A stretch of 64,000 nucleotides of DNA. Source: Anaerolineae bacterium. Lineage in GTDB: Bacteria; Chloroflexota; Anaerolineae; Aggregatilineales; UBA3940. Below, one piece after another: positions 1 to 8,965 of the stretch. The notes under the pieces were generated by a model. That model ran no database searches and was not told the DNA's origin. It was given only the letters and a program-made list of their open reading frames with translations. Where the stretch lies: positions 20,060 to 84,059 of the forward strand of contig DAOTYF010000017.1 in the NCBI GenBank assembly GCA_034434995.1. Direction: 5' to 3'. Every line of letters begins with the position of its first letter. Within the stretch, counting starts at the first letter, position 1. A program made the translations under genes and the position numbers.

Positions 1-2
1 CC

Positions 3-365
3 GAAAGCTGCATCAAGTGCCACGCCGGGTCGCTGTTGGTGGTCGGCTTCCCGAATCACTACCACAACAAGCTGCCGCTGGCTTACCAAGTGTGGCAGCG
101 CGGCGGGACGCTCACCACGCCGCAGGAGAACGCGGAGCTATTCCAGCCCGCGCTCGAAGCGGGCTTGCAGCCCGTCGAGGAATCGACCTTGCTGTGCGTG
201 GATTGCCACCCGGCGCACGTCAGCACGCCGGGGTCGGAGCAGATGGGGTTCATCGACGTGCAGAACGTGGTCTTCCCTGCCTGCGAGGAGTGCCACATCG
301 CGGCACTGGGAGTTCCGCTGGGCCTGGCCGAGGTGGGTTCGGGGATCGAGGGGCTAGACCCATAA
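3..365 (+). CDS. Multiheme c-type cytochrome, C-terminal part (5' end outside window)
   Basis: Frame is open from base 3 (ESCIKCHAG...). Three CxxCH heme motifs: CIKCH, CVDCH, CEECH. Stop TAA at 363-365. Confidence 0.85.
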   Translation, partial: ESCIKCHAGSLLVVGFPNHYHNKLPLAYQVWQRGGTLTTPQENAELFQPALEAGLQPVEESTLLCVDCHPAHVSTPGSEQMGFIDVQNVVFPACEECHIAALGVPLGLAEVGSGIEGLDP

Positions 366-370
366 CGCGA

Positions 371-856
371 CTAGACCGCGCTGGTGGTGAACACCTGCGT
401 CGCGTGCGCCTCGAACTCGGCCAGCGGCACAAGGATGCCGTGTGTGGCGTACTCCCGGTTCTGGGCTGGGCGCGTCGGGTACGCCCTGGCCCAGCCTGGC
501 AGCAGCTTCCGCAGGGTCTCCAGTGGCATGACCATGATTTTCTTCAGCGCGGGGATGTAGTACACCAGGAAATCCGCCCCGCTGGTGTATGCCCAGCCTG
601 CTGTATCGTCTGTATCGACCGAGATCGTCTCAACAAAGACATGCCCTGTTTCGTGGGCACGGTAGTCGGTCTTGTACTCGACGTAGGCGACCTTGCCGTC
701 CCTGACAAACACCCGGTCAATACCGTTGAGCTGCTGGCCGCGCGTCGCTTGCTGGATCAAGTGGCCACGCGCCTCGAAGAAGCGGTCGAGGACTCCCTCG
801 CCGCTCTCACCGCGCGCCCGTTGAGCATCGAAATCGTGCAAGGTTCTCACCCCCAC
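371..856 (-). CDS. PD-(D/E)XK nuclease-fold hypothetical protein
   Basis: GE...GIDRVF...VEYKTD...TGHVFVET matches the E / (P)D / ExK catalytic pattern. 161 aa. Confidence 0.65.
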   Translation of the reverse strand: MGVRTLHDFDAQRARGESGEGVLDRFFEARGHLIQQATRGQQLNGIDRVFVRDGKVAYVEYKTDYRAHETGHVFVETISVDTDDTAGWAYTSGADFLVYYIPALKKIMVMPLETLRKLLPGWARAYPTRPAQNREYATHGILVPLAEFEAHATQVFTTSAV

Positions 857-858
857 AG

Positions 859-900
859 CCCCTCTCCCACCCGCTCGGCTGCGCCGCGCTGGGGAAGGGG
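859..900. repeat. C-rich/G-rich palindrome (REP-like hairpin)
   Basis: CCCCTCTCCC (859-868) pairs with GGGGAAGGGG (891-900), with one mismatch and one G-U. Confidence 0.45.
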
Positions 901-910
901 GAGTAGACGG

Positions 911-2803
911 TCATCCGCCGCACACCCCCGACTTATCGAAGTACCATGAGCCGAGATTCCAGGTCAGCACATCATGCGGGCCGGGGACAATCCCGCACAC
1001 GTACATCGCGCTGGCCGCGATGCGGGGCCGCGCGAACAGCGGTTGCGTCGGCAGATCGGCGGCCCACCATGTTTGATGCTGGACATAGGCTGCCTGGCGT
1101 TCCGCCATGCTCAGCGCGCGGCTGGCCTGCACAATGGCGATGTCGGCTTGCTCATTGCACCACCCGCTGAAGTTCTGGCCCTGGTAGCCATTCTCCAGCA
1201 CCGGAATCTGGGCTGGTGCAGCCCGCTCGACGAGCTGCTCGCTGGTCAACCAGCGTTCCTCAAGCTGCCAGCGATGCACCAGCGTCCGCTCAAGGGGATG
1301 TACGAACACATCCGAGCCAACCCACCGGCTGATCCCGCCCGGATCGGGCCGCGTCACCGCGCTGAGCAGCGCCAGGTCGAAGGCGCGGCGCACAATGGGG
1401 CCATCCGGCGCGAACAGCGTCTCGGCGGGCAGTGGCTGCACCTGAACCCGCACCCCAATCTGCGCGAGGCTGGCCCGGATCGCCTCCGTGATCAAGGCGC
1501 GGTAGGGATCGTCGGTCGTCAGCAGAAGTGGCGTGAGGGGCGTTCCCTCCGCGATCTGCCACTCACCGCGATTACAGCCATACACACCGCCCGCGCCATG
1601 ATACTCGCGCACGCCGTCACCATCTTGATCCGTCCAGCCTGCCGCATCGAGTAGCGCCGACGCTGCCGCCGGATCGTAGGGGTACGGAGGGAGATTCCCG
1701 GCGCCCGCATAGGCCCAGTGACCAGGTGGCAGCCAGCTATCCAAGGCCGGGGAGAGTCCGTCTGCCATCTGCTGGGCTAACCCCGCGCGGTCGATGGCCT
1801 GAACGAACGCCTGCCGCACCCGCGTATCAGCTAGCAGCGGTAGGCCGACGAATGGATCGGGGTACGTGTTAAAGATCATCTGCTCGTAGACACTGCCCGA
1901 CACAGCCAGCAGCCGCACCGTTCCGGCATCCTGAGCGGCGAGCAGCGCCGGAATCTGATCCACGCCTAGATCGCCATCGAGCGCCACGTCGCAGCCACCC
2001 GCGGTTAGCTCCGTCACCATCTGGCTCGGATCGGGGATGAAGCGCACTCGCACCATCGGGATCGCCGGAGCGGGAGTGTAGTTGGGGTTAGCGTTCAGCA
2101 GAATGTGGCTGCCGAAAACCCACGAATCGAGGATATAGGGGCCTAGGGAGGGGTTCACCTGCCGCATGTAATCTACGCGGTCAGGGTCAGATAGATCAAT
2201 GCCGCGCAGCGCGTGTGACGGCAGCGGCGGCTGCGGCGGCACGTAGGGATACTCCGCGCCCTCTGCGACAGTGACTTCCAGAACCCGATCACCGGTCTGT
2301 CGCGCCTCGACCACCTCAAAGTAGGGATCGGAGGCGCTCGGCGGGAGTTGCAGCCCCAGCAGCGCGTCTGCCGCTGTGAAGGGCGTCCCATCCGACCAGG
2401 TCAGCCCGTCGCGGTACTTCAACGTCACGGTGAGCGTGCCATCATCGTTGCGGACGAGCGTTCCATCGTCGGGACTCGGCAGCGAGGCCAGCAACACCGG
2501 CTCGGCAGCGTAATCGTCCCCGTAGCTGATGGCGGAGGGCAGCACTGCCTGGCGGATCACCGACGCAACCCACGTCGTCGAGCCGACGATCCTATCTGGC
2601 TCGGCGTACAGGCACAGCACTAGCTCCGATTTGAACGGCGGAGGTGTCGCCGTGGCTGCCGGGGATGGGCTGGCCGCGCCCTCACCTGGCGTCCCGCCCA
2701 CCGGCCCCGCCGTCGGCGCGGGGATCGTGCCGCACGCTGCCAACGCCGCCAACCAGGACCCTGCCATTATTCCACATACCACTGCCCGCAATGGTCGCTG
2801 CAC
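911..2803 (-). CDS. Peptide/nickel ABC transporter substrate-binding lipoprotein (family 5)
   Basis: Lipobox LAAC, Pro/Thr linker, LTWSDGTPFTAAD, LGPYILDSW, DTRVRQAFVQAIDR motifs. Confidence 0.9.
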   Translation of the reverse strand: MQRPLRAVVCGIMAGSWLAALAACGTIPAPTAGPVGGTPGEGAASPSPAATATPPPFKSELVLCLYAEPDRIVGSTTWVASVIRQAVLPSAISYGDDYAAEPVLLASLPSPDDGTLVRNDDGTLTVTLKYRDGLTWSDGTPFTAADALLGLQLPPSASDPYFEVVEARQTGDRVLEVTVAEGAEYPYVPPQPPLPSHALRGIDLSDPDRVDYMRQVNPSLGPYILDSWVFGSHILLNANPNYTPAPAIPMVRVRFIPDPSQMVTELTAGGCDVALDGDLGVDQIPALLAAQDAGTVRLLAVSGSVYEQMIFNTYPDPFVGLPLLADTRVRQAFVQAIDRAGLAQQMADGLSPALDSWLPPGHWAYAGAGNLPPYPYDPAAASALLDAAGWTDQDGDGVREYHGAGGVYGCNRGEWQIAEGTPLTPLLLTTDDPYRALITEAIRASLAQIGVRVQVQPLPAETLFAPDGPIVRRAFDLALLSAVTRPDPGGISRWVGSDVFVHPLERTLVHRWQLEERWLTSEQLVERAAPAQIPVLENGYQGQNFSGWCNEQADIAIVQASRALSMAERQAAYVQHQTWWAADLPTQPLFARPRIAASAMYVCGIVPGPHDVLTWNLGSWYFDKSGVCGG

Positions 2804-2846
2804 GATGTGCCCTCTCGTTTGTTCGCCGTGTCGTGCTCTGGGGTGT

Positions 2847-3863
2847 CTAGTCTCTCAACCGTGCCCCGTACTGAGCCTCGTAGTATTGCCGGTACTCCCC
2901 GCTCTTGATCTTGCGCCACCACCACGCATTCTCGATATACCAGCGGATCGTGCGCTCCAACCCTTCATCAAACGTGACGTGATGGGTCCATCCCAGCGCC
3001 CGAGCTTTGCCTGTGTCCAGTGCGTAGCGACGGTCGTGGCCGGGTCGATCCTCGACCGGGCGGATCAGCGACTCCGGCTTGCCCATGATCGCCAGCATCC
3101 ACCGGATCACGTCGATGTTGTGGCGCTCGTTCTCACCGCCCAGGTTGTAGACCTCACCGGGCTGGCCCAGGCGCAGCACCAGATCAATGCCCGCGCAGTG
3201 GTCGTCCACATGAAGCCAGTCGCGCACCTGCATCCCATCACCGTATAGGGGCAGCGGCTCGCCGTCGATAGCATTGGTGATGAACAGCGGCAGCAGCTTC
3301 TCCGGGTACTGGAAGGGGCCGTAGGTGTTGCTGCCGCGTGTGATTACCACATTCATGCCGTAGGTGATGTGGTAGGCGCGGGCCATCAGGTCGCCGCTGG
3401 CTTTGCTGGCAGCATAGGGGCTGTTGGGTTCCAGCGGGTCACTCTCCTTGAAGAACCCCTCTGGGATCGAGCCGTACACCTCATCGGTGCTGACGTGCAG
3501 TAGTCGCTCGACGCCGTGCTGGCGGCTCTCGTCAAGCAGGGTGTAGACGCCCTGGACGTTGGTCAACACGAAGGCGTCCGGGTTGAGGATGCTGCGATCC
3601 ACGTGCGTCTCGGCGGCAAAGTTCACCACCGTGTCGATGCTGTTGGCCTGCAGGGCGCGCCGCACTGCCGCGCGGTCGCAGATATCGCCACGCACGAACT
3701 TGTAGCGCGGGTTCTGCGAAACGGCTTCCAGGTTGTCCAGGTTACCGGCATACGTCAGTTTGTCAAAGACAACGATGGTGATATCGGAGTGCCATTCGAG
3801 CATTCGGCGCACGAAGTTGCTGCCGATGAACCCCGCCCCGCCGGTGACAAGCAAGTTTCGCAT
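2847..3863 (-). CDS. rfbB: dTDP-glucose 4,6-dehydratase
   Basis: TGGAGFIG, FAAETHVDRSI, STDEVYG, YAASKAS, DRPGHDRRY. Confidence 0.96.
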   Translation of the reverse strand: MRNLLVTGGAGFIGSNFVRRMLEWHSDITIVVFDKLTYAGNLDNLEAVSQNPRYKFVRGDICDRAAVRRALQANSIDTVVNFAAETHVDRSILNPDAFVLTNVQGVYTLLDESRQHGVERLLHVSTDEVYGSIPEGFFKESDPLEPNSPYAASKASGDLMARAYHITYGMNVVITRGSNTYGPFQYPEKLLPLFITNAIDGEPLPLYGDGMQVRDWLHVDDHCAGIDLVLRLGQPGEVYNLGGENERHNIDVIRWMLAIMGKPESLIRPVEDRPGHDRRYALDTGKARALGWTHHVTFDEGLERTIRWYIENAWWWRKIKSGEYRQYYEAQYGARLRD

Positions 3864-3979
3864 GAAAGATAACCCTCACTAAACATGGACTACGCGCCGG
3901 GATTGTACCGCAAGGAAGGGGAGAGTCCACGAATCCGCTATTCCGCGAGAGGGTGGCTCGCCTATAGAGCATGGGCATT

Positions 3980-4855
3980 CTATCCCAGCGTTGGGCGCAC
4001 CGCGGCATCCACGACGGCCCGCATCAGCCGCAGGCCGCTATGCACGGTGCGATCTTCCTCATCGTGCATCGGGTTGAAGCTGGTCAGCGCCGCCGCCTTG
4101 ATCTCGAAGCGCCGTCCAATCATGCCGATCGCCTGCACCAACTGATCGACCGACATCCCGCCGGGCGACCGGTAATCCACGCCTGGTGCGTCAGCAGGGT
4201 CGAGCGCATCGATATCCAGGTGGAGGTAGATGGCACGGGCGCGAGATTGCAGCACCGTCAAGGGGGAGATCAGCGCCATCTCCGATCCCGACGCTCGCAG
4301 CCGTTCAGCAGGGATCACCTGCACCTCCGACCGTTCCAGCAGGTCGCGCTCACCAGGGTCGAGGTCGCGCACCCCGGCCAGGATGGTGTTCGCCTCACGG
4401 ATGGGCCGCCGGTTGCCGATCCCCTGCCACACGTCGGGATAGCACTGACCATTGGCAATCGCCAGCGGCATCCCCTCGAACCAGCCACTGATCGTGGTGG
4501 CAGGCGTGTTGTAATCACCATGCGCATCGAACCACACGATGCCTAGCTCTGCTGACCCAATCCCCGCCAGCGTGCCCAGCGCGGAGTTGCAGTTGCCTGC
4601 CAGCACCAGCGGGAAGCGCCCACTCTCCATCGAGTCCCTCACTGCCAATGCAAGCTGCTTATCCACATCGAGGACAGCGGCGATCTCATCGGTTTCTTCC
4701 GGGTGGGCGCGGAGCACTGTCTTGATCCGGGACTGATGGCCCCCCTCGGCCAGTGCCCATTCCGCTCCCCCCTCAACATAGCGCTCCGGCCCGTTCCCTG
4801 GCCCAACGCGCTCCTGCCCCATGTGATAGGGAACCAAAATCAGATCAACGCGCAT
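3980..4855 (-). CDS. Arginase/ureohydrolase family protein (atypical active site)
   Basis: WFDAHGD and HLDIDALDP metal ligands present. GGDHS is replaced by GNCNS. Confidence 0.85.
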   Translation of the reverse strand: MRVDLILVPYHMGQERVGPGNGPERYVEGGAEWALAEGGHQSRIKTVLRAHPEETDEIAAVLDVDKQLALAVRDSMESGRFPLVLAGNCNSALGTLAGIGSAELGIVWFDAHGDYNTPATTISGWFEGMPLAIANGQCYPDVWQGIGNRRPIREANTILAGVRDLDPGERDLLERSEVQVIPAERLRASGSEMALISPLTVLQSRARAIYLHLDIDALDPADAPGVDYRSPGGMSVDQLVQAIGMIGRRFEIKAAALTSFNPMHDEEDRTVHSGLRLMRAVVDAAVRPTLG

Positions 4856-4913
4856 ACGTTCCTCCCTGCAGTGGAGCGTGCAAAGACCCCTGGATTATGG
4901 CCGCCCAGCCCCC

Positions 4914-4941
4914 AAAAAGCGAAACCCCGGCGCTGCCGGGG
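4914..4941 (-). terminator. Intrinsic terminator downstream of the BCD-family MFS gene
   Basis: CCCCGG-CAGCG-CCGGGG followed by TTTCGCTTTTT on the minus strand. Confidence 0.7.
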
Positions 4942-5000
4942 ATGCTTCGCAAGGAGAATGCACCAAACGGGCGCTGCCACCCGCCCGATGGAACACGTTG

Positions 5001-6353
5001 TCAATCGCCAGCCTCGCCAAGCAGAGCCGCGCGTTCGGGCAACGGTAGGGGCTGGTCGGATGCAGCCCGACGGAAGGCCACCACGTCCACGTGGCGCAAC
5101 ATGATCAGCGAAGCGCCAACGAAGGCGGCCTCGATCACGAACACCGCTACATAGGCGACCGCCGGATTGGCGACTGCCCTGGTCAGCAGATCGCGCACGA
5201 CGCCACTCATCAACTGACCCATCAGCCGCGAGATGGCATTGGCTACGCCCCACGCGCCCATGTACAGCCCCACGTTCTGGGCAGTGGTCATATCCAGCAT
5301 CAGGGAGAGGTTGGCGACGGTGGACAGACCTGTGCCCAGCCCAAGCACCATAATCCCGCCGTAGAACAGGCCCCGGCTGATCGCCAGCCCACTGATTGCG
5401 ATGGCCAGGAATCCGATCAGCGCGGCCCACGCGCCGACTCGCGCCAGCCCGCGCTTGCTAAAACGCATCTGGAGCCAGCCCGCCGCGATTAAGGCGACCA
5501 ACATGCACGTGCCCCAGATCGACGTGATGCGGGTGGTGGCCTGGACAGACAGTCCCAGCGCTTGCCCCCCAAACGGCTCCAGCAGCACGTCCTGACCTAA
5601 CAATGCTGCCAGCAGCACAACCAGGTAGACAAAGAACAACCGCGCCTGGGGGTTGCTCCACACGGTCGACAGCATCTGCTGCCAGCTATGCCGTTCCTCG
5701 GTAGCCCCCAGCAATTCAGCGCGAGGCTCTAGCGCCAACAGGCCGATCAGGCCAATGACTAGCGCCGCGCTGCCCACTGCCCAGAATGCCCGGCGCAGCG
5801 CGTCAAGCGAGTAGGGATCGACCATGTGCCCCACTGCCGCCGCTGTGAGGATGATGCCGATGATCATCATGAAGAACATGGTCGAGATCGTGCGGCTGCG
5901 GCCCTGTTCGTCTATTTCGGAGGCCAGTGAGAGGTAGGAGACGGCAGCAAAGTTGTAGCCCATCCCCCACGCGCCAAAGGCAGCGGCACTCAGCGCCAGG
6001 GCTAGCGCCGTCCAACCCTGTGCCTCCACCACCCGCACCGCCTGGGGAGCAAGGAACGCCCCGCCCACGCACATCAGCAACCCCAACAAGATATACGGCG
6101 TGCGCCGCCACCCTGCCACAGGGTGGCGGTCCGCATAGGAACCAATCGCCACCTGGATCGGCGAGAAGAAGTAAGGCAGCGCCACCAGAAGGGTCACCAC
6201 CGTGGCGGCGAGGCCCATCTCATAGATCATGACTCGGTTCAGCGTGCTGGTGAACGGCACCAGCGTGATCGCCACCGCTGTATGGATCAGCCCCAATTGC
6301 AATCGCTTGCGCCACATGGTCACATCCCGCTGCTCACTCAGCTCCATACTCAT
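5001..6353 (-). CDS. BCD-family (PucC/LhaA-like) MFS transporter
   Basis: About 12 TM segments. TLNRVMIYEMG, GWRRTPYILLG, QDVLLEPFGG and GLYMGAWG are PucC-family motifs. Confidence 0.88.
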   Translation of the reverse strand: MSMELSEQRDVTMWRKRLQLGLIHTAVAITLVPFTSTLNRVMIYEMGLAATVVTLLVALPYFFSPIQVAIGSYADRHPVAGWRRTPYILLGLLMCVGGAFLAPQAVRVVEAQGWTALALALSAAAFGAWGMGYNFAAVSYLSLASEIDEQGRSRTISTMFFMMIIGIILTAAAVGHMVDPYSLDALRRAFWAVGSAALVIGLIGLLALEPRAELLGATEERHSWQQMLSTVWSNPQARLFFVYLVVLLAALLGQDVLLEPFGGQALGLSVQATTRITSIWGTCMLVALIAAGWLQMRFSKRGLARVGAWAALIGFLAIAISGLAISRGLFYGGIMVLGLGTGLSTVANLSLMLDMTTAQNVGLYMGAWGVANAISRLMGQLMSGVVRDLLTRAVANPAVAYVAVFVIEAAFVGASLIMLRHVDVVAFRRAASDQPLPLPERAALLGEAGD

Positions 6354-6377
6354 GCCCGATTCTCGCCCGGCGCGCTC

Positions 6378-7109
6378 TCAGCGCGATGTTGTCGTCGCCG
6401 CAGCCGGCTCGGTAGCCGGAACCGGCTCAGAGCGTGGGCCGGAAGCCAGGCGGAAGCCACTGTACATGAGAATCGCCGCCATCAGCTCGCCGAGATACAG
6501 GTACTCACCGATCCCCAGGCGCGTCAGGGAACTTGCAAAGCCAATGGACAGCGCCCCCGTCGCGATCAGAACGTTGCCAATCACCCGATTGGGCAATACG
6601 CGCTTACGCCAGAACAGAAACGCGGAGTAGATCGCGCCACCGACCAGCGTCAGCAGCCCATAGATGTTGAAGAAAGGAGTGGTCATGCGAACCGGCGCGC
6701 CGGGCGGCATGATCTCGCGGTACTGCTGGCTGATCGCCAGCCCCGCGCGGTAAGCTCCGCCGTCCAGCGGCGTGGTGAGCATAAGCGCCCCCGCGACCAA
6801 GCTACCTAGCACCAGAACAGCAGTCACGGCGTGTACCCAGCGCTTCTTCACCAGCAGGTACAACGTACCATGCCCCAGCCAGGCCGCATTGAGCGCCGCC
6901 CCGAACAGATACCAGATGAAGAAGATCACCGGACTCCATGCTAGGGCCAGATAAGCCTCGGCGAAACTCCCCGATCCAAACATCGCCAGGCCAATACCCC
7001 AGAACAGAAAAGCAGGGTTGCGGCGCACCACATAACGCTGCAATACTGACCCTGTGAATACGAGCATGATGAGGGTGGACACGAAGGGAAGAATGTTGTT
7101 CAGTGACAT
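6378..7109 (-). CDS. Conserved hypothetical integral membrane protein (about 7 TM)
   Basis: Hydrophobic 243-aa ORF, SD-like GGAG upstream, 24 bp from the MFS gene. Confidence 0.8.
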   Translation of the reverse strand: MSLNNILPFVSTLIMLVFTGSVLQRYVVRRNPAFLFWGIGLAMFGSGSFAEAYLALAWSPVIFFIWYLFGAALNAAWLGHGTLYLLVKKRWVHAVTAVLVLGSLVAGALMLTTPLDGGAYRAGLAISQQYREIMPPGAPVRMTTPFFNIYGLLTLVGGAIYSAFLFWRKRVLPNRVIGNVLIATGALSIGFASSLTRLGIGEYLYLGELMAAILMYSGFRLASGPRSEPVPATEPAAATTTSR

Positions 7110-7145
7110 CAGCAGGTCTCCAGGCAGATGAGAGAGAACGGAAGC

Positions 7146-7337
7146 CTAGCGCCAGGGGATGATGCCCGCCAGAACACCTATGGCGAAGACGATCAAGCCC
7201 AGCATGACTATGCCAAGCACCACGAGCAGGATCGGCAGAACGGTGTCGTAGAAAGTGGAATGGGGCGGCATCTTGGGAGATTTAAGCCCGCGTTGTGGCC
7301 GGGACTCGGGTGGCATAGACATCCTCCCGTTACGCAC
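7146..7337 (-). CDS. Small single-TM membrane protein
   Basis: 63 aa with one long hydrophobic helix. GGGAGG SD upstream. First gene after the promoter at 7408-7436. Confidence 0.6.
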   Translation of the reverse strand: MRNGRMSMPPESRPQRGLKSPKMPPHSTFYDTVLPILLVVLGIVMLGLIVFAIGVLAGIIPWR

Positions 7338-7407
7338 ATCGGGCGGATGGCTGACGACCGCCCTAAGAAATACATAGTTTTATGCATATTTAGTTAGGAT
7401 AGTAGAT

Positions 7408-7436
7408 ATAATAGCCGGTTATCTGTAAAGTGTCAA
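7408..7436 (-). promoter_or_regulatory. Sigma70-type promoter for the small protein / 7TM / PucC-like operon
   Basis: TTGACA (7436-7431), 17 bp spacer, TATTAT (7413-7408), in an AT-rich island. Confidence 0.8.
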
Positions 7437-7582
7437 GAGAACATTCTATACCCATAATCTATGATATTTGCCATGAATCGTAGCAATTCTCAGGAGGCGC
7501 TGGCGCGGGAGCGCCCCTCGCGTTACTCTATGTGGCACGAGATGCTTAGCGAGCGGCGCCCGTTTTTGGAATCGCGGAGCGG

Positions 7583-7918
7583 ATGATGGGGATATTGCAC
7601 CGGTTGCGGGGACTGTTATCTGGCTCATCCACCGCAAACCAGGATGAGGGTCTCTACTTCTACGTCAGGCTGGACAAGACCGGCGAGATCGTTCGCTTGC
7701 GGATCGCGCCATCCCAGGAGCTTAACCCGGACTATGGGCGGGGTGGATTCGTCAGCCGGAAGCAAATTTTAGGACCACGCACCTTCGCACGCGCAGAGGC
7801 CACATTCCGCTTCGATGAGGCCCACCGTCTGATGGAATGGGATATAGTGGGGGGTTCGCTCACCACCCATGAAGCCTGGGAAGAACAGCAAGCAGTGGCT
7901 GATCAGCAGGCTGGCTAG
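7583..7918 (+). CDS. Hypothetical protein
   Basis: 111-aa ORF with good coding composition, divergent from the AT-rich intergenic region. Confidence 0.7.
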   Translation: MMGILHRLRGLLSGSSTANQDEGLYFYVRLDKTGEIVRLRIAPSQELNPDYGRGGFVSRKQILGPRTFARAEATFRFDEAHRLMEWDIVGGSLTTHEAWEEQQAVADQQAG

Positions 7919-7939
7919 GCCCAGGAGGAAGGCGGTTGT

Positions 7940-8731
7940 TCATACCTCCACAGATCGCAGGTCATCCTCAAGGGGATTAGCCGTTGGCTCGCGCAACGTC
8001 CGCAGGAATTCCAGCGCCCACTTTTGCCCGCGCTGGTATTCTTCCACCGATACATCGTAAAACCCCGCCATCGCAACCGGATCGTTGGCGTCCAATTCCA
8101 GGTCCAGGAACCGGGCAAACTGGATATCGCCGGGCAAATTGAAGCGCCCATCGTAACGCCGGCCATCCGGCATGATGGTTCCGCACAGCATTCCGGCCAC
8201 GACAAGCTGGGTCAGCGTGATGTTGCAGCCATCCAGGCGGGCGGTGCTGATCCGCGCGCCCTGCAGATCGGCGTCGCGGAAGTCCGCCCCGCGCAGATCG
8301 ACCTGAAAGAGAAAGGTCTCCTGGAGATTGGCCCCAACCAGTCTGGCACGGAACAGGTTAGCGGAGCTGAGGTCGGCGCGGCGGAGGTTGGCCCCACTCA
8401 GGTCCGCACCCAGCAAATCTACGCCGCTGAGCCGCGCCTCCTGAAGGTCGGCTCCCCGCAGATCGGCTTCCTGAAGGTTAGCGTGATTCAGGCTTGCCCG
8501 GTGCAGGTCGGCGTTGGCGAGGTTTGCGCTGACCAGCAAAGCCTGGTGGAGTGACCCATCCTCCAACGCGCCAATAGCGCGCAGGCGCTCGACAGCGCGC
8601 AGGGCAGCCCAACTGCTGGAACTCCGCAGTTGCCGGATCAACAGCAGCTTATTCTCTCCACCCTCAGTGGGCTGGCTGAGATTCTCGATCAGGCGCTGAA
8701 CGATGCTCCTCAGCGCCCCTCTGGCTGTCAC
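7940..8731 (-). CDS. Pentapeptide repeat protein
   Basis: About 20 tandem A(D/N)Lxx repeats, followed by a non-repeat C-terminal domain (TIMPDGRRYDGRFNL). Confidence 0.92.
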   Translation of the reverse strand: MTARGALRSIVQRLIENLSQPTEGGENKLLLIRQLRSSSSWAALRAVERLRAIGALEDGSLHQALLVSANLANADLHRASLNHANLQEADLRGADLQEARLSGVDLLGADLSGANLRRADLSSANLFRARLVGANLQETFLFQVDLRGADFRDADLQGARISTARLDGCNITLTQLVVAGMLCGTIMPDGRRYDGRFNLPGDIQFARFLDLELDANDPVAMAGFYDVSVEEYQRGQKWALEFLRTLREPTANPLEDDLRSVEV

Positions 8732-8965
8732 CGTTGACCTCCCCCATCACTATTATTCGATTGCGCCAACGATTGTAGCACAGATGCCACCCACACGCAG
8801 TCAAGCGGTCGCCGGGCCTGCCTGGGCTGCCCCCCATGCTCATAACACCTGCTGCATCCATTGTAATGCTACAAATAGGTTACAGAATGGGGCCAGGGCG
8901 GAAAAAGGCTATATACTTGTGATAAGAAGAACAATAAGGGAGGATGAGCGAAGGTTTGAACCACG

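Noticed and set aside
6378-7109. 7-TM protein as a rhodopsin next to the PucC-like gene
   Set aside because: No retinal-binding Lys in the last helix and no rhodopsin motifs.
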